A DNA stretch of 64,000 nucleotides from Methanobacteriota archaeon (GTDB lineage: Archaea > Halobacteriota > Bog-38 > Methanoflorentales > Methanoflorentaceae), in the NCBI GenBank assembly GCA_963720465.1, contig OY970393.1:672001-736000 (forward strand), given 5' to 3'. The translations under genes and the position numbers were made by a program. The notes under the pieces were generated by a model that made no database searches, was not told where the DNA came from, and was given only the letters and a program-made list of their open reading frames with translations. Below are positions 1 through 13,935 of the stretch, in pieces (the first letter of the stretch is position 1; each line of letters opens with the position of its first letter).

Positions 1-201
1 ATGTTGTCAGCCAAACTTTAATATACATCCCGCGTATTTAACATTCGCGAAAACAAATAATGCGTTATTCTCCCTAAGCGCCCGTTTGCCAATGCGGAAA
101 GGTTTAAATTAGGGAAGCCTATATTAAGAGCAGTGAGGTTTTCCTATCGCTAATTGTGAAATCGTAGTTGAACTTTTAGAGTACAGTATCGAAATATACG
201 A

Positions 202-296
202 GGGCTCGTAGCTCAGTTAGGCAGAGCACCTGGCTTTTAACCCAGAATCTAAGGAGAGATACCAGGCGGTCAAGGGTTCAATTCCCTTCGAGCCCG
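202..296 (+). tRNA. tRNA-Lys(UUU) with canonical 37/38 intron (~240-260)
   Basis: Acceptor GGGCTCG/CGAGCCC, anticodon stem CCTGG/CCAGG around CT-TTT-A, ~21-nt insert after position 37, T-arm AAGGG-TTCAATT-CCCTT. Confidence 0.93.
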
Positions 297-442
297 TCTT
301 TTATCACCGACTAAACGACAAACGCAAAAATCCGAAGTAGGCAACTGAACAAATTGAACGACGCTCGGAGAATAGAGATCTGCTTTGCAGAATTTCGAAT
401 CCAGTCATTTTTGTCCCCCTATGATGCAGTTTGGTGGTGCGC

Positions 443-691
443 ATGAAAAACCTGAACGTTCTAAAGCATGAAATGGTACCTGAGCACTTGATTATGTCTG
501 ACGAAGAAGTGCACGAGTTGCTAGCGCGATACAACATCGAGCTCAAGCAACTGCCTAAAATATTGGTAACAGATCCCGCGTGCAAAGAAATTGGAGCGCG
601 AAAAGATAACGTAATAAGAATAACACGCCGGAGTCTGACGGCGGACGAAGCCGTATCCTACCGTCTCGTGATCGACACAAAAATGGGGTGA
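443..691 (+). CDS. rpoH: RNA polymerase subunit H (Rpo5)
   Basis: HEMVPEHLIMS...QLPKILVTDP...IRITRRSLTA motif; ATG 443 after GGTGGTG; first gene of rpo operon. Confidence 0.96.
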   Translation: MKNLNVLKHEMVPEHLIMSDEEVHELLARYNIELKQLPKILVTDPACKEIGARKDNVIRITRRSLTADEAVSYRLVIDTKMG

Positions 692-695
692 GAAT

Positions 696-2261
696 TTGAT
701 AGACAGAGAGGCAATATCTAAAAGCTATTTCACAAGAGACAAGATTGCGCAACATCACATCAACTCTTTTGACGATTTTATCGAGAGAGGGTTACAGAAA
801 ATCATCGATGAACAGGCAGCTATCGATACGGATGTCCCCGGCCTTCTCGTGAAGCTTGGCCGTATTCGGGTTGATACGCCAAAAGTGCGCGAAGCAGACG
901 GCTCGCTCGAGGAGCTTTACCCCACGGAAGCGCGACTTCGAAATATTACGTATGCCGCACCAATCTTTCTTGAAATGACCCTTATACAAGGAGACACCGA
1001 AAAAGAACCTGAGGAAGTCGAAGTTGGACTAATGCCGATAATGGTGGGTTCAAAGGCATGCAACCTCTCCCGACTCTCCGACAGTCAGATGGTCAAGCTG
1101 GGCGAAGATCCAGCGGATCCCGGCGGATACTTCATTGTCAGCGGATCAGAGCGGGTAATAATAACCCTCGAGGATCTCGCACCGAACAAGATCTTTACCG
1201 AGTATGATGAACGCTATGGCGGACGCATAGAGGTCGCTAAAGTTTTTTCACAGCGCAGAGGGTACAAAGCGCTGGTTATGGTAGAAAGGGGACGTGACTC
1301 GATTCTTGAGGTCTCATTCCCCTCAGTTTCCGGGCGAATCAACTACATAATGCTTGTCAGAGCGCTTGGTCTTGTGACTGATCAAGACATTGTCCAATCT
1401 ATATCCGACGATCCAGAAATCATCAAATTCATGTTAGAGAACATCGAGGAGGCCGAAGACTTTCCGCAAGACGCAGAAGAATCGCTTGCACCATACCACC
1501 AGAGAATTCAGGAATCAGCAATGAAGAGACTCGGCGAGAAAGTTGCTGCTGGCCAAGCTACCGAATATCAGGCGAAACGGTCTAATTATGTTGTCGATCG
1601 CTATCTTCTGCCCCATTTAAATGATCCTCTTCTCTCCGAGGAAGATGCCCGACTAGTCAAAGCGCACTTTCTCGGCAGAATGGCGGAAGCCTGCTTCAAA
1701 CTTGCTCTGCACAAGCGCGGAGAAGATGATAAAGACCACTACGCTAACAAGCGTTTGAAGCTCGCTGGCGATCTGATGGAAGATCTCTTTCGTGTGTCGT
1801 TTAGTCGACTTACAAGAGACATTAAGTACCAGCTTGAGCGCGCGGACATGAGAAATCGTGAGCTCAATGTGTTGACTGCGGTGAGGGCAGACGTCCTAAC
1901 AGAGAGGCTCACCCACCCCCTTGCCACTGGGAACTGGGTCGGAGGACGAACGGGCGTGTCGCAGCTCCTTGACCGAACCGACTATATGGCGATGTTATCG
2001 CATTTGAGAAGGGTAATTTCACCGCTGTCTCGAGCGCAGCCTCACTTTGAAGCCCGTGACCTGCACCCGACTCAATGGGGCCGCATCTGTCCGAGTGAGA
2101 CACCAGAAGGCCCGAACTGTGGCCTCGTAAAGAACTTTGCTCAGCAGGTCGAACTTTCAACCGCACTGGAAGACGAAACTGCTGTCCTATCGGCACTAGA
2201 AGAGCTTGGCTATACGCCCATCGGTCACGAAGTCGTGTCGGAGGTTGAAGCTGATGACTGA
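696..2261 (+). CDS. rpoB2: RNA polymerase subunit B'' (Rpo2N)
   Basis: [52 protein letters not shown]. Confidence 0.97.
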   Translation: MIDREAISKSYFTRDKIAQHHINSFDDFIERGLQKIIDEQAAIDTDVPGLLVKLGRIRVDTPKVREADGSLEELYPTEARLRNITYAAPIFLEMTLIQGDTEKEPEEVEVGLMPIMVGSKACNLSRLSDSQMVKLGEDPADPGGYFIVSGSERVIITLEDLAPNKIFTEYDERYGGRIEVAKVFSQRRGYKALVMVERGRDSILEVSFPSVSGRINYIMLVRALGLVTDQDIVQSISDDPEIIKFMLENIEEAEDFPQDAEESLAPYHQRIQESAMKRLGEKVAAGQATEYQAKRSNYVVDRYLLPHLNDPLLSEEDARLVKAHFLGRMAEACFKLALHKRGEDDKDHYANKRLKLAGDLMEDLFRVSFSRLTRDIKYQLERADMRNRELNVLTAVRADVLTERLTHPLATGNWVGGRTGVSQLLDRTDYMAMLSHLRRVISPLSRAQPHFEARDLHPTQWGRICPSETPEGPNCGLVKNFAQQVELSTALEDETAVLSALEELGYTPIGHEVVSEVEADD

Positions 2262-4071
2262 AGCGAGGATTTACCTTGATGGCGCCCTTAAGGGAACGCA
2301 CAGCAATCCAAGACAATTTGTTGACCAATTTCGAACAAGACGAAGACGCGGAGAGCTTCCGCATCTGATAAATATTGCTTATCACGAAGACACGAATGAA
2401 ATCAACATCAACACGGATTCCGGAAGAGCTCGTAGGCCGCTTATAATTATCGAGAGAGGGGCACCGCTCATTTCCGAAGAGCACATCCAGAAGCTCAAGC
2501 AAGGAGAGTTTTCTTTTGAAGATTTGATAGAAAACGGACTCATTGAGTACATCGATGCCGAAGAGGAGGAGAATATCTACGTTGCTGTCGCGCCTGAAGA
2601 TCTCACTAGTGAACATACACACCTCGAGATCGATCCATCGCTCATTTTGGGGATAGCTACGGGGTTGGTCCCATACCCGGAGCACAATGCATCGCCGCGC
2701 AACACAATGGGGGCGGGTATGGTGAAGCAGTCGTTAGGCGCTTCGTGCGCCAACTGGAAGCTCAGGCCTGACACTCGTTCGCACTATTTACATTATCCGC
2801 AGCTCGGACTCGTAAAAACCAACGCAATGGAAGCGGTAGGCTTTGACGACAGGCTTTCAGGACAGAACTTCGTTGTCGCCGTCCAATCCTACGAGGGCTA
2901 CAACATTGAAGATGCTCTCATTATCAACAAGAACTCGATCGAACGAGGACTCGGCAGAAGCCACTTTTTCCGTACCTACGAAGCGGAAGAACGCCGATAT
3001 CCAGGGGGGCAAGAGGACAAGTTTGAGATACCTGATGCGGAAGTTCGCGGCGCGCGGGGCCCGGAAGTGTATGCAAACCTAGACGAAGACGGTTTCGTCA
3101 ATCCAGAAGCCGAAGTGCAACCCAATGATGTGCTGGTAGGAAAGACTAGCCCGCCAAGATTTCTCGAAGAGCCGACCGAGCTCGGTGGCATCAGCACCCA
3201 AAAAAGACGTGAAACCTCTGTCACGATGCGTTCGAACGAAAGTGGCGTTGTAGACGCAGTCATCATTACGGAAGGTGAGAATGGATCCAGATTAGTCAAA
3301 GTCAGAACTAGGGATCAAAGAGTACCAGAACTAGGAGACAAGTTCGCTTCGAGACACGGCCAGAAAGGTGTAATCGGGCTCATTGTGCCGCAAGAAGACA
3401 TGCCATTTACCGAAGACGGGATCGTTCCTGATCTGATCATCAATCCTCACGCGATCCCATCGCGAATGACCGTCGGCCACGTTTTGGAAATGATAGGCGG
3501 AAAGGTCGGGAGTCTAGAAGGAAGGCGGATAAACGGTACTGCATTTTCTGGCGAACCTGAAGTCACTTTGAGGGGGGCGTTGAAAAGAAACGGCTTCTCG
3601 CATACGGGGAAGGAGGTACTGTACGACGGAATCACGGGCGAAATGCTGGCCGCTGACATGTTTATAGGCTTGATCCTTTACCAAAAGCTACACCACATGG
3701 TGTCAGAAAAACTGCACGCGCGATCCCGTGGACCCGTCCAAGTGCTAACGCATCAACCGACCGAAGGTCGAGCGCGCGAAGGAGGATTACGGTTCGGCGA
3801 GATGGAGCGTGATGTAATGATAGGCCACGGCGCAGCTTTGGCGTTGAAAGAGCGACTCGTCGACGAATCGGACAAAGTTGAAGAGTACGTATGTACTACG
3901 TGCGGGATGATAGCCACCTTTGATAAACGTCGTAACGTAGTCTATTGCCCCAGTTGCGGAGCAGATACCGATATCTACAAAGTTGAAATGAGCTACGCTT
4001 TCAAATTGTTGCTAGATGAGATGAAGGCCCTTGGTATTGCCCCACGCATTGAACTGGAAGACGCGGTCTAA
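2254..4071 (+). CDS. rpoB1: RNA polymerase subunit B' (Rpo2C)
   Basis: [24 protein letters not shown]-terminal Zn finger; start set at ATG 2254 after GGAGG. Confidence 0.97.
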   Translation: MTEARIYLDGALKGTHSNPRQFVDQFRTRRRRGELPHLINIAYHEDTNEININTDSGRARRPLIIIERGAPLISEEHIQKLKQGEFSFEDLIENGLIEYIDAEEEENIYVAVAPEDLTSEHTHLEIDPSLILGIATGLVPYPEHNASPRNTMGAGMVKQSLGASCANWKLRPDTRSHYLHYPQLGLVKTNAMEAVGFDDRLSGQNFVVAVQSYEGYNIEDALIINKNSIERGLGRSHFFRTYEAEERRYPGGQEDKFEIPDAEVRGARGPEVYANLDEDGFVNPEAEVQPNDVLVGKTSPPRFLEEPTELGGISTQKRRETSVTMRSNESGVVDAVIITEGENGSRLVKVRTRDQRVPELGDKFASRHGQKGVIGLIVPQEDMPFTEDGIVPDLIINPHAIPSRMTVGHVLEMIGGKVGSLEGRRINGTAFSGEPEVTLRGALKRNGFSHTGKEVLYDGITGEMLAADMFIGLILYQKLHHMVSEKLHARSRGPVQVLTHQPTEGRAREGGLRFGEMERDVMIGHGAALALKERLVDESDKVEEYVCTTCGMIATFDKRRNVVYCPSCGADTDIYKVEMSYAFKLLLDEMKALGIAPRIELEDAV

Positions 4072-4084
4072 TCGGGAGGATCAC

Positions 4085-6742
4085 ATGAGCAGCCCTAAAC
4101 GAATCGGAAAAATCAAATTTGGATTGCTGTCACCAAAAGAATATCGGAAGATGAGTGTAACGAAAGTTATTACTGCGGACACTTATGATGATGATGGTTT
4201 CCCCATTGAAATGGGTCTTATGGATCCTCGGCTAGGAGTTATAGATCCAGGCCTTCGATGCAAGACCTGTGGTCAGCGTGCGGGCGAATGCCCTGGCCAC
4301 TTCGGCCACATCGAACTTGCCGCTCCCGTAGTCCACGTTGGATTTGCAAAGCTTATACGGAAAACACTTAGAGCCACGTGTCGCCGCTGCGGACACCTGT
4401 TGCTCGATGAGATGCAGCAGCACGAATTCCTTCTCAAAATGCACGAACTGAAGGACAAGAATTACTCCACTGAAGAGACCGTCAAAAACGTCATCAAAGA
4501 AGCGCGAAAAGCGATCACGTGCCCCTACTGTGCTGAACAGCAGAAGGAGATAAAGTACGAAAAGCCGACTCGCTACGTTGAGGATAGTCACAAACTGATG
4601 CCGGCAGACATCCGCGATAGATTTGAACGGATACCGGATAGCGACACTGAACTGCTCGGTCTCGACGCAAGTAACGTACGTCCGGAATGGATGATACTAA
4701 CAGTCTTGCCTGTCCCGCCCGTAACGACACGACCTTCTATCACGCTTGAAAACGGACAAAGATCCGAAGATGACCTGACGCACAAGCTCGTAGACATCAT
4801 CAGAATAAACCAGCGATTTCAAGAGAATCGCGAGGCAGGGGCACCACAACTCATTATCGAAGACCTGTGGGAACTCTTGCAATATCACGTCACTACATTC
4901 CTTGATAACGAAGTGTCAGGGGTGCCCCCCGCACGACATCGCAGCGGGAGGCCTTTGAAAACGCTCTCGCAAAGACTTAAAGGCAAAGACGGGCGATTCA
5001 GAGGGAGCCTCTCAGGTAAAAGGGTGAACTTCTCGGCACGAACTGTCATTTCCCCCGACCCCAACCTCAGTGTGAATGAAGTGGGCGTTCCTGAAACTAT
5101 CGCCCGCGAGATGACGGTGCCTATTATTGTGACGCCGCGGAATATTGGCGACTTGCGGGAGTATATTAAGCGCGGCCCGCTCAACCACCCTGGGGCGAAC
5201 TACATAAAACGACCTGACGGGAAACGCGTGAAGGTTACAGACAAGAATGGAGACGAGATCGCTGAGACAGTTGAAAACGCGTGGATCGTCGAAAGACAGC
5301 TGAAGGACGGGGATATTGTCCTTTTCAACAGACAGCCATCACTACACCGAATGAGCATCATGGCTCATAGAGTCAAAGTGATGCCTTTCAAGACTTTTCG
5401 ACTAAACCCGGCCGTATGCCCACCGTACAACGCCGATTTCGACGGAGACGAAATGAACCTGCACGTGCCGCAAACCGAAGAAGCGCGCGCCGAAGCGCGC
5501 ATCCTTATGCAAGTAGAGGAAAACATCCTCTCCCCAAGGTTCGGCGGCCCGATTATTGGCGGGATACACGACCACATTTCCGGGCTCTTTTTGCTTACCC
5601 AAAAAGGTTCTAAATTTACGAAAAGCGAGGTCTACGAGCTTCTCAGGAAGTGCACTGTTGAAAAACCGCTCCCTAAACCTGCAATTCTAGAAGAAGACGT
5701 AGCCTATTACACCGGCAAGCAGGTGTTCAGTCAAATACTCCCAGAGCGGCTGAATCTGACACTAAAAGCCAAGAAATGCGTCATGCACGGAGTATGCCTC
5801 AAAACTGACTGTGAAATAGACGCATACGTGAAGATTGAAGCAGGCAACTTGATTTGCGGCATAATTGATGAAAAATCAATTGGGGCCTTTAGCGGCGCAA
5901 TACTGGATAGCATAATCAGGGAATACCATGATACTGGTTTTACAGAGGCGTCGCGATTTCTGGATAACGCGACTAAACTAGCGATAAGAAGCATCATGAA
6001 GTTCGGGTTCAGCTTCGGAATTGATGACGAAGATGTTTCTCAGCAGGCACAATTGGAAATAGAAGAAATCATAGAAAAAGCGGAAGAGCGCGTCGCGGCA
6101 CTAATAAATGCTTATGAATTCGGAGAGCTTGAATCTATGCCTGGTCGGACGCTCAACGAAACTCTAGAGATGAAAATAATGCAAGAACTCGGTCGCGCAA
6201 GAGATAAGGCAGGAGAAATTGCGGGGAAGAACCTCGGATTTGCAGGCGAGCTAGCACTTGACAATTCGGCTGTCGTGATGGCTGTTTCCGGAGCGCGCGG
6301 GTCAATGTTGAACCTCACGCAGATGGCCGGCAGCGTAGGCCAACAGTCAGTGAGAGGTGAGCGGATCAAACGAGGATACTACGATAGGACGCTGCCTCAT
6401 TTTAAGAAAGGCGATCTTGGCGCTGATGCGCGCGGCTTCGTCAGGTCGAGTTACAAGAGGGGCCTGACGCCGACAGAATTCTTCTTTCACGCTATTGGAG
6501 GAAGAGAAGGACTTGTCGACACGGCTGTTAGGACGTCTCAGTCTGGATACCTCCAAAGACGGCTCATAAACGCGCTCCAAGACTTGGAAGTGGAATATGA
6601 CGGGACAGTGCGATCTGGAGAGAAAGTGGTTCAGTTCATTTACGGGGAAGACGGCATTGACCCCACTAAAAGTGACTATGGGAAATCCGTCAATGTACAG
6701 AAAATCGTACAAAACGTCATTGAAAAACACGGGAGCGGGTGA
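4085..6742 (+). CDS. rpoA1: RNA polymerase subunit A' (Rpo1N)
   Basis: Catalytic [11 protein letters not shown]; [10 protein letters not shown]; ATG 4085 after GGAGG. Confidence 0.98.
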   Translation: MSSPKRIGKIKFGLLSPKEYRKMSVTKVITADTYDDDGFPIEMGLMDPRLGVIDPGLRCKTCGQRAGECPGHFGHIELAAPVVHVGFAKLIRKTLRATCRRCGHLLLDEMQQHEFLLKMHELKDKNYSTEETVKNVIKEARKAITCPYCAEQQKEIKYEKPTRYVEDSHKLMPADIRDRFERIPDSDTELLGLDASNVRPEWMILTVLPVPPVTTRPSITLENGQRSEDDLTHKLVDIIRINQRFQENREAGAPQLIIEDLWELLQYHVTTFLDNEVSGVPPARHRSGRPLKTLSQRLKGKDGRFRGSLSGKRVNFSARTVISPDPNLSVNEVGVPETIAREMTVPIIVTPRNIGDLREYIKRGPLNHPGANYIKRPDGKRVKVTDKNGDEIAETVENAWIVERQLKDGDIVLFNRQPSLHRMSIMAHRVKVMPFKTFRLNPAVCPPYNADFDGDEMNLHVPQTEEARAEARILMQVEENILSPRFGGPIIGGIHDHISGLFLLTQKGSKFTKSEVYELLRKCTVEKPLPKPAILEEDVAYYTGKQVFSQILPERLNLTLKAKKCVMHGVCLKTDCEIDAYVKIEAGNLICGIIDEKSIGAFSGAILDSIIREYHDTGFTEASRFLDNATKLAIRSIMKFGFSFGIDDEDVSQQAQLEIEEIIEKAEERVAALINAYEFGELESMPGRTLNETLEMKIMQELGRARDKAGEIAGKNLGFAGELALDNSAVVMAVSGARGSMLNLTQMAGSVGQQSVRGERIKRGYYDRTLPHFKKGDLGADARGFVRSSYKRGLTPTEFFFHAIGGREGLVDTAVRTSQSGYLQRRLINALQDLEVEYDGTVRSGEKVVQFIYGEDGIDPTKSDYGKSVNVQKIVQNVIEKHGSG

Positions 6743-7878
6743 ATTCGATGGATCTTCAAGAAGCAATAAGTGGACTGAAATTGCCTTTGAATGTAAGAAA
6801 CGATCTATTTGCAGAGTTAAATAGCTTGCAGCTGTCCGAAAACGAAATCACTGAGATACTTCAAACGACTCAAGACGAGTACGCAAGATCAAAAGTGGAA
6901 CCGTGTGAGGCCGTTGGAACGATCGCAGCCCAGTCAATCGGAGAACCCGGAACGCAAATGACAATGAGGACTTTTCACTACGCAGGGGTAGCTGACATAA
7001 ATGTTACGCTTGGACTTCCGAGGCTCATAGAAATAGTTGACGCTCGAAAAGTACCTGATACACCGATGATGACGATATATCTCGAAGCCGAGAGCGCGAA
7101 TGACCGAGACAAAGCCTTGCAATTTGGCTGGGAGATTGAAGCGACGCGGGTAAGCGACATTGCAGATATCCTTACTGATACTGATGAGATGCAGATCTAT
7201 TTAGAATTTGATGACCGGGTTATGCAACAGCGGCGTGTCGGTTTGGACGCCGTTGTTACTAAACTTCAGGCGCTTCAGGATGTCGATGTTCGCGTTGATG
7301 GATCTAACGTCATATTGAGCCCTTCAGTCAAGCGCTACAGGGCGCTGCTTCAAATCGTAGAAAAAGTTAGGACAATGGTCATTAAAGGCATCGAGGATAT
7401 TAAACGGGTCGTCGTACGAAAAGAACGCGAGGAGTACGTTCTCTACACAGAAGGTTCGTCTTTAAAAAAGGTGATAACGCTGGCGCACATTGACGCGACC
7501 CGAACGAGGACAAATAACATTAACGAGATGGATGAGGTTTTGGGTATCGAAGCAGCCCGGAACTCCATCATCGAAGAGGCAATGAGCACGTTGCGTGAGC
7601 AAGGGCTGACAGTTGATGTTAGGCATATAATGCTTGTGGCAGATATGATGACGGTTGATGGCGAAGTGAAACAGATTGGGCGGCACGGTATTGCAGGAGA
7701 AAAAACGAGTGTGCTGTCGCGAGCTGCTTTTGAAGTCACTGTAAATCATTTGCTCGATGCCGCCGTCCGCGGCGAGACAGACGAACTTGCTGGGGTCACC
7801 GAGAACGTGATTGTGGGCCAACATATTCTACTCGGAACTGGAGACGTTAAGCTAATCGCAAAAACGAGCAAAGCATAA
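6739..7878 (+). CDS. rpoA2: RNA polymerase subunit A'' (Rpo1C)
   Basis: [31 protein letters not shown]. Confidence 0.97.
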   Translation: MNSMDLQEAISGLKLPLNVRNDLFAELNSLQLSENEITEILQTTQDEYARSKVEPCEAVGTIAAQSIGEPGTQMTMRTFHYAGVADINVTLGLPRLIEIVDARKVPDTPMMTIYLEAESANDRDKALQFGWEIEATRVSDIADILTDTDEMQIYLEFDDRVMQQRRVGLDAVVTKLQALQDVDVRVDGSNVILSPSVKRYRALLQIVEKVRTMVIKGIEDIKRVVVRKEREEYVLYTEGSSLKKVITLAHIDATRTRTNNINEMDEVLGIEAARNSIIEEAMSTLREQGLTVDVRHIMLVADMMTVDGEVKQIGRHGIAGEKTSVLSRAAFEVTVNHLLDAAVRGETDELAGVTENVIVGQHILLGTGDVKLIAKTSKA

Positions 7879-7892
7879 ATTCTGAGGCAAAA

Positions 7893-8207
7893 ATGGAGCT
7901 AGATATCGCTAAATCCTTAAGAACGGCAATAAGAGACGGAACGGTCACGGTAGGCGCAAAGAATACTCTTAAATCAATCCAGAAAGGCAATGCGCAGTTG
8001 GTTATCTTGGCCTCTAACTGTCCGCAAAGGTTTCGCGATATAATATTAGCAAGCAGTGTCCCTAATGCGAGTCTCGAGGTCAACAGCGTAGAATTGGGAT
8101 CAGTTTGTGGAAAGCCGTTCACGATATCCGCCCTTTCGATCGTAGATCCAGGATCTTCAGACATTATGTCTCTAAGGGAAAAGGAGATAAATAATGACAG
8201 AAGTTAA
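7893..8207 (+). CDS. rpl30e: 50S ribosomal protein L30e
   Basis: L7Ae/L30e signature ELGSVCGKPF; operon position. Confidence 0.95.
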   Translation: MELDIAKSLRTAIRDGTVTVGAKNTLKSIQKGNAQLVILASNCPQRFRDIILASSVPNASLEVNSVELGSVCGKPFTISALSIVDPGSSDIMSLREKEINNDRS

Positions 8208-8625
8208 GCTCACAACAGAAGGGATACGCTACATAGCCTTGTTTGAGAGTTTAACCCAAGCAATCGCCCGTGATTGCTATGTCGACGACGAGAACGATCG
8301 CGTGATATTCGTCGTCAAGAAAGGGGATATGGGCCTCGCGATCGGCAAGAATGGCAACAATATAAACAGAGTGAAAAGATCAATCGGGAAACACATCGAA
8401 ATAGTCGAGTACTCCGACGAAGTCGACGAGTTCGTTGCCAATGCACTTCAACCCGTTTTCGTTAAGAAAGTACAAGTCGTTGTAAAAGAGAACAGGAAAC
8501 TTGCCTACGTTGAAGTCATGTCCAAAGATCGTGGAATAGCGATTGGAAAAAACGGGAGAAACATTCAAAAAGCAAAAGTGCTTGCACAAAGGCACCACGG
8601 CCTAGCAGATGTGATTATTCAGTAA
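8194..8625 (+). CDS. nusA: Archaeal NusA (two KH domains)
   Basis: Two GxxG KH motifs (AIGKNG); position between L30e and S12. Confidence 0.95.
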   Translation: MTEVKLTTEGIRYIALFESLTQAIARDCYVDDENDRVIFVVKKGDMGLAIGKNGNNINRVKRSIGKHIEIVEYSDEVDEFVANALQPVFVKKVQVVVKENRKLAYVEVMSKDRGIAIGKNGRNIQKAKVLAQRHHGLADVIIQ

Positions 8626-8647
8626 TTCCTTCAATCGAGGAGTCATC

Positions 8648-9076
8648 ATGGGAAAGGGCATCTATTCGGCACGCAAACTGAAAAAAGACCACAAAGCGCT
8701 TCGATGGAGCGACAAAAACTTCAGCCGTCGCGTACTCCATCTGGACGAAAAAGCGAACCCGTTAGAAGGCGCACCGCAAGCACGAGGAATCGTGCTGGAA
8801 AAAGTCGGAGTAGAAGCAAAGCAGCCAAATTCAGCTATACGCAAGTGCGTCAGAATCCAACTGATCAAGAACGGACGACAAGTAACCGCCTTCTGTCCCG
8901 GGGTAGCAGCGACGAATTTCATCGACGAGCACGACGAGGTAACCGTGGAAGGGATTGGCGGCAGAATGGGTGGCTCAATGGGAGATATCCCAGGCGTGCG
9001 GTTTAAGGTCATAAAGGTGAACAACGTTTCTCTTGAAGAAATGGTCCGCGGCAGAAAAGAAAAACCAGTAAGGTAG
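8648..9076 (+). CDS. rps12: 30S ribosomal protein S12 (uS12)
   Basis: [27 protein letters not shown]. Confidence 0.98.
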   Translation: MGKGIYSARKLKKDHKALRWSDKNFSRRVLHLDEKANPLEGAPQARGIVLEKVGVEAKQPNSAIRKCVRIQLIKNGRQVTAFCPGVAATNFIDEHDEVTVEGIGGRMGGSMGDIPGVRFKVIKVNNVSLEEMVRGRKEKPVR

Positions 9077-9080
9077 GGAC

Positions 9081-9653
9081 ATGCCAACAGATAACAATAG
9101 CTTACTCTTCGGCAAGTGGGAGATTGCCGACATTCACGTTGAAGACCCAGGTGTAAAGCGCTACGTTCACTTTGATTCACCAGCAATTCACACCGGCGGA
9201 AGACACGCGCACCACCAATTCAACAAGTCAAACTTATCTATCGTCGAGCGGCTAACCAACAAACTCATGCGCGGAGAAGGCAACACGGGAAAGAAAATCA
9301 AGGCGTATGGCACTGTAAAAAAGTCATTCGAAACAATAAACAAGCGTACAAAAGAGAACCCGGTGAAGTTGCTCATCCAAGCCGTCGAAAATGCAGGACC
9401 TCGTGAGGAGACAGTGCGGTTGAGATACGGCGGCATATCGGTCCCAAAAGCTGTCGACACTGCGTCCCAGCGGCGAGTCGACCTAGCGCTTATGTACATC
9501 GCGCAAGGCGCTAAAAAGACTGCATTTAAGAGTAAACGCACCTTTGATGATTGCCTTGCATCTGAGATCATAGCTGCCGCAAAGAATGACGTACGAAGCT
9601 TCTCGATAAGCAAGAAGGAAGAAAAAGAACGAGTGGCTAAGGCAGCGCGATAG
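9081..9653 (+). CDS. rps7: 30S ribosomal protein S7 (uS7)
   Basis: [33 protein letters not shown]. Confidence 0.98.
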   Translation: MPTDNNSLLFGKWEIADIHVEDPGVKRYVHFDSPAIHTGGRHAHHQFNKSNLSIVERLTNKLMRGEGNTGKKIKAYGTVKKSFETINKRTKENPVKLLIQAVENAGPREETVRLRYGGISVPKAVDTASQRRVDLALMYIAQGAKKTAFKSKRTFDDCLASEIIAAAKNDVRSFSISKKEEKERVAKAAR

Positions 9654-9675
9654 TGCAGTATTTCCGGCAAAGCAC

Positions 9676-11865
9676 ATGGTAAGCAGACAAAAAATGGTTG
9701 AGCGCGTCACAACGCTCATGGACCGACCCGAAAATATACGCAACATAGGTATTGTAGCGCATATAGATCACGGCAAGACTACGCTTTCTGACAATCTGCT
9801 CGCCGGGGCAGGCATGATTTCAAAGGAGCTGGCTGGCACACAACTGTTCATGGACTTTGACGAAGAAGAACAAGCGAGAGGTATCACAATCAACGCAGCG
9901 AACGTATCGATGGTTCACGAGTTTCTTGGGAACGAGTACTTAATCAACCTCATCGATACGCCGGGGCACGTAGACTTCGGGGGAGACGTCACGCGGGCCA
10001 TGCGAGCGGTTGACGGAGCAGTCGTCGTAGTCGATGCCGTTGAAGGCACGATGCCCCAAACAGAAACAGTTTTGCGCCAAGCGCTAAAGGAAAACGTCAA
10101 ACCAATTCTCTTCATTAACAAAGTCGACAGACTTGTCAACGAGCTCAAATTGGATCCGCAGGCTATGATGGGCAAGTTTGTCAATCTGATCAATCATGTG
10201 AACAAGCTGATAAAGGGGATGAGCGAGGAAAAGTTCAATGAGGGCTGGAAAGTTAAGGTCGATGATGGTTCTGTTGCGTTCGGATCCGCACTGTATAACT
10301 GGGCCTTAAGCGTACCTCAAATGGAAAAAACGCAGATCACATTCAAAGATGTATATGAATACTGTGCAAATGACAAGCAAAAAGATCTTGCAGACCGCAG
10401 CCCGCTTCATGAAATAGTGTTAAATATGGTCATCACGCACCTACCAAATCCGCTGCAAGCGCAAAAGGAACGCGTTCCTGTGATATGGCACGGAGACAAG
10501 AACTCGGATGAGGGCAAAGCGATGTTGAGTTGCGACCAACACGGTCCAGCACAGTTCATGGTTACCGACATATCTATCGACCCTCACGCAGGCGAAGTCG
10601 CGACAGGGCGACTTTTCTCGGGGTCGCTCGAGCGGGGACAAGAGCTTGCAGTTTCGGGCATGCCAAACAAAAATCGAATTCAACAGGTAGGCATATTTAT
10701 GGGCGCAGAGCGGATCGAAGTTGAGCGAATTCCAGCCGGTAACATCGCGGCCGTCACCGGACTGCGAGACGCGATAGTAGGCTCGACCGTTTCTTCTCTA
10801 AAAGGCGTTGCTCCTTTTGAAAGCATTAAGCACGCAAGTGAGCCGGTAGTTACAGTTGCTATCGAAGCGAAGAACATGAGAGACTTGCCCAAGCTCGTTG
10901 AAGTGCTACGACAAGTCTCTAAGGAGGATCCGACGCTGCGGGTGACGATCAATGAAGAGACTGGAGAACATTTGATATCTGGCATGGGCGAACTGCACCT
11001 CGAGATAATTGCCCACAAAATCGAGAGAGATAAAAACGTCCAAATCACCACGTCAGAACCGATTGTGGTATATAGGGAGACAGTTCAAGGCCGCGCGGGA
11101 CCCGTCGAAGGCAAGTCTCCGAACCGCCATAACCGGTTCTACTTCGAAGTGGAAGCGTTACCGCGCGATGTAATTGCTTTACTAAAGGAGGGCGCCGTCA
11201 ACATGAATGCCCCAGAAACTGAACGACGAGCGATCTTAATGGAAGCGGGCCTCGAAAAAGATGAAGCGCGGAACGTCGCCGATGTCTTCGTATCAAACCT
11301 TCTCTTAGACCTGACCAAAGGCATCCAATATCTGCGCGAAACGATGGAACTGATTATAGAGGGATTCGAAGAAGCAATGAAGACCGGGCCATTAACACGA
11401 GAACCCTGTGAGGGCATAAAAGTGAAACTGGTCGATGTCACCTTACACGAAGACGCAGTCCATCGAGGTCCTGCGCAAGTCATACCTGCCGTTAGATCGG
11501 CGATATTCGCGGCCATCCTGATGGCCAAGGACGTGGTACTTGAACCGATGCAGAAGGTTTTTATCAGCGTCCCCCAAAGCCTGATGGGAAGTGCGACACA
11601 ACAAATACAAGCAAGGCGCGGTCAGATATTGGATCTCGATTCCGAAGGCGACACGGTAGTTGTGGTTGGTAAAACCCCAGTCGCCGAAATGTTTGGTTTT
11701 GCTGGAGATTTGCGATCTGCGACAGAAGGACGCGCTATATGGAGCACGGAGTTCCTCGGATTTGAGGTGTTGACACAAAGCTTACAACTAGAGATAGTAA
11801 AAGAGATAAGGCAGAGAAAAGGCCTAAAAGCTGAGCTGCCAAAACCACACGACTTCATAGGCTGA
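9676..11865 (+). CDS. fusA: Elongation factor 2
   Basis: [21 protein letters not shown]; diphthamide site [11 protein letters not shown]. Confidence 0.98.
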   Translation: MVSRQKMVERVTTLMDRPENIRNIGIVAHIDHGKTTLSDNLLAGAGMISKELAGTQLFMDFDEEEQARGITINAANVSMVHEFLGNEYLINLIDTPGHVDFGGDVTRAMRAVDGAVVVVDAVEGTMPQTETVLRQALKENVKPILFINKVDRLVNELKLDPQAMMGKFVNLINHVNKLIKGMSEEKFNEGWKVKVDDGSVAFGSALYNWALSVPQMEKTQITFKDVYEYCANDKQKDLADRSPLHEIVLNMVITHLPNPLQAQKERVPVIWHGDKNSDEGKAMLSCDQHGPAQFMVTDISIDPHAGEVATGRLFSGSLERGQELAVSGMPNKNRIQQVGIFMGAERIEVERIPAGNIAAVTGLRDAIVGSTVSSLKGVAPFESIKHASEPVVTVAIEAKNMRDLPKLVEVLRQVSKEDPTLRVTINEETGEHLISGMGELHLEIIAHKIERDKNVQITTSEPIVVYRETVQGRAGPVEGKSPNRHNRFYFEVEALPRDVIALLKEGAVNMNAPETERRAILMEAGLEKDEARNVADVFVSNLLLDLTKGIQYLRETMELIIEGFEEAMKTGPLTREPCEGIKVKLVDVTLHEDAVHRGPAQVIPAVRSAIFAAILMAKDVVLEPMQKVFISVPQSLMGSATQQIQARRGQILDLDSEGDTVVVVGKTPVAEMFGFAGDLRSATEGRAIWSTEFLGFEVLTQSLQLEIVKEIRQRKGLKAELPKPHDFIG

Positions 11866-11883
11866 AAGGAGGAAAGAACAAAA

Positions 11884-13149
11884 ATGGCTGCAAAGCCCCA
11901 TTTAAACTTAGCAATGATAGGTCACGTTGACCACGGCAAGAGCACGTTAGTTGGAAGGCTGCTGTTCGAGACTGGCAATGTAGGTGCGCACATAATTGAG
12001 TCATACAAGAAAGAGGCAGAGGCAAAGGGCAAAGGATCCTTTGAGTTTGCCTGGGTAATGGACTCGCTCAAGGAAGAACGCGAACGCGGCGTCACAATCG
12101 ACATAGCACACCAGCGATTCGATACCGAAAACTACTACTTCACTATCGTCGACTGTCCCGGTCACCGTGACTTCGTAAAGAATATGATCACCGGAGCATC
12201 GCAGGCTGATGCTGCGATATTAGTGGTTGCAGCGCCTGATGGTGTAATGGCTCAAACAAAAGAGCACGTCTTCCTTGCACGCACACTCGGAATCAATCAA
12301 CTGATCATAGCGATCAACAAAATGGATGCTTCAGATTTTAGCGAGAAGCGGTTCAATGAAGTCAAAGACGAAGTAGGAAAGCTACTGAAAACAGTTGGGT
12401 ACAAGGAAGAAGACGTTCAGTATGTCCCAGTTTCGGCGTTTAAAGGCGATAACGTAACCAAACTCAGTGACAACATGTCGTGGTACGGCGGTGAGACGCT
12501 CTTACAGGAGATCAACAAGTTCAAAGTTCCTGAAAAACCGGTCAAGTTACCTCTCAGATTACCCATACAGGACGTATACACGATCTCAGGTATCGGGACG
12601 GTGCCCGTTGGCAGAGTCGAAACGGGCACAATGAAGCGGGGAGACAAGGTAATATTCGAGCCCGCAAATGTCCGAGGGGAAATTAAATCAATAGAAATGC
12701 ATCACGAAGAGATCCCAGAGGCCACTCCAGGAGATAACGTAGGTTTCAACGTCCGGGGAGTTGCTAAGAAGGATATTAAGCGCGGCGATGTCACCGGTCA
12801 TCAAGACACGCCACCAAGTGTCGCGAAGGAATTTACAGCCCAGATCGTCGTTTTGCAGCATCCAAGTGCGATAACTGCGGGCTACACGCCCGTGTTCCAC
12901 GCGCACACTGCGCAGGTGGCATGCACCTTCACGGAAATCAAGGCAAAGCTTGATCCTAGAACCGGTCAAGTAAAACAGTCCAACCCAGACTTCATCAAAA
13001 CAGGCGACGCAGCCATCATACAAGTCCGGCCGACAAAGCCATTGGTGATAGAGAAGGTAAAAGAGATACCGCAATTGGGCCGCTTTGCCATTCGGGACAT
13101 GGGACAAACTATCGCAGCGGGCATGTGCATCGACATAATCCCCCGGTAA
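11884..13149 (+). CDS. tuf: Elongation factor 1-alpha
   Basis: [28 protein letters not shown]. Confidence 0.98.
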   Translation: MAAKPHLNLAMIGHVDHGKSTLVGRLLFETGNVGAHIIESYKKEAEAKGKGSFEFAWVMDSLKEERERGVTIDIAHQRFDTENYYFTIVDCPGHRDFVKNMITGASQADAAILVVAAPDGVMAQTKEHVFLARTLGINQLIIAINKMDASDFSEKRFNEVKDEVGKLLKTVGYKEEDVQYVPVSAFKGDNVTKLSDNMSWYGGETLLQEINKFKVPEKPVKLPLRLPIQDVYTISGIGTVPVGRVETGTMKRGDKVIFEPANVRGEIKSIEMHHEEIPEATPGDNVGFNVRGVAKKDIKRGDVTGHQDTPPSVAKEFTAQIVVLQHPSAITAGYTPVFHAHTAQVACTFTEIKAKLDPRTGQVKQSNPDFIKTGDAAIIQVRPTKPLVIEKVKEIPQLGRFAIRDMGQTIAAGMCIDIIPR

Positions 13150-13163
13150 CGTCACGTGATTGA

Positions 13164-13472
13164 ATGCAAAAAGCAAGAATACGGCTTTCAGGAACGAGCC
13201 CGGAAATGCTTGATCACGTTTGTGAACAAGTTAAGAGCATAGCCGACAGGACGGGAGTCAACCTGTCCGGGCCAGTCCCTCTTCCCACGAAAAGGCTCAA
13301 AGTACCGACACGAAAAAGCCCTGACGGCGAAGGGACGGCCACGTGGGAGCACTGGGAAATGCGCGTCCACAAACGACTTATCGATCTTGATGCTGATGAG
13401 CGCGCGCTTCGGCAACTCATGAGAATACAAGTCCCGAAAGATATCAACATCGAAATAGTACTGGAAGGCTGA
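13164..13472 (+). CDS. rps10: 30S ribosomal protein S10 (uS10)
   Basis: [28 protein letters not shown]. Confidence 0.98.
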   Translation: MQKARIRLSGTSPEMLDHVCEQVKSIADRTGVNLSGPVPLPTKRLKVPTRKSPDGEGTATWEHWEMRVHKRLIDLDADERALRQLMRIQVPKDINIEIVLEG

Positions 13473-13545
13473 AGGTCCCGCCCATTCAAGATGATTTTGC
13501 TTGAAAAATGTGCGAGCCGAAGCAATTGTAGCGGACGAGTAGATG

Positions 13546-13653
13546 GCCGAGGTAGCCAAGTGGACTACGGCGCCAGCCTTGAGCGTTCCTCTTAGGTCCA
13601 ACGAGAGCTGGTGAGGCTTCTGCCTCGCAGGGGTTCAAATCCCTTCCTCGGCG
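13546..13653 (+). tRNA. tRNA-Ser(UGA) with 37/38 intron (~13584-13605)
   Basis: Acceptor GCCGAGG/CCTCGGC, anticodon stem CCAGC/GCTGG around CT-TGA-G, long variable arm GAGGC-TTCT-GCCTC, T-loop TTCAAAT; typical position after S10. Confidence 0.92.
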
Positions 13654-13656
13654 CTT

Positions 13657-13935
13657 CTATTTTCTAATGTGTTTCTCCCACGGCTTGATGATGCACAGCT
13701 GTTTGTTTGCTTCATCTATTTCAACGATCGAATAACTTATGCCGCGTCTGTCGAGAAAATCGATGAAAAAGTGCTCGAAGTACGCGGATTTGTCCTCGTT
13801 AAATCTGGTCGCGGCAAAAACAAATGCCATTATATTCTGGCAGAAGCGCGAAGCTAGATAGTAATAGTCGTTATCCGAAATGTGGTATTTGACGGCTGAT
13901 TTTTCTTTTGCTTTCTCACGTCTGAGCAACGCCAT
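13657..13935 (-). CDS. Hypothetical protein
   Basis: 92-aa ORF with ATG start and TATA-like TATATATTTAAG upstream; no motif recognised. Confidence 0.5.
   Translation of the reverse strand: MALLRREKAKEKSAVKYHISDNDYYYLASRFCQNIMAFVFAATRFNEDKSAYFEHFFIDFLDRRGISYSIVEIDEANKQLCIIKPWEKHIRK

Noticed and set aside
696-7878. Split rpoB and rpoA genes, and the tRNA introns, as novelties
   Set aside because: Normal for this archaeal group.
1909-13601. Long antisense ORFs over the rpo/ribosomal operon (e.g. 1909-2685, 8662-9186, 9188-9670, 12688-13176)
   Set aside because: Shadow ORFs of highly conserved genes; no motifs.
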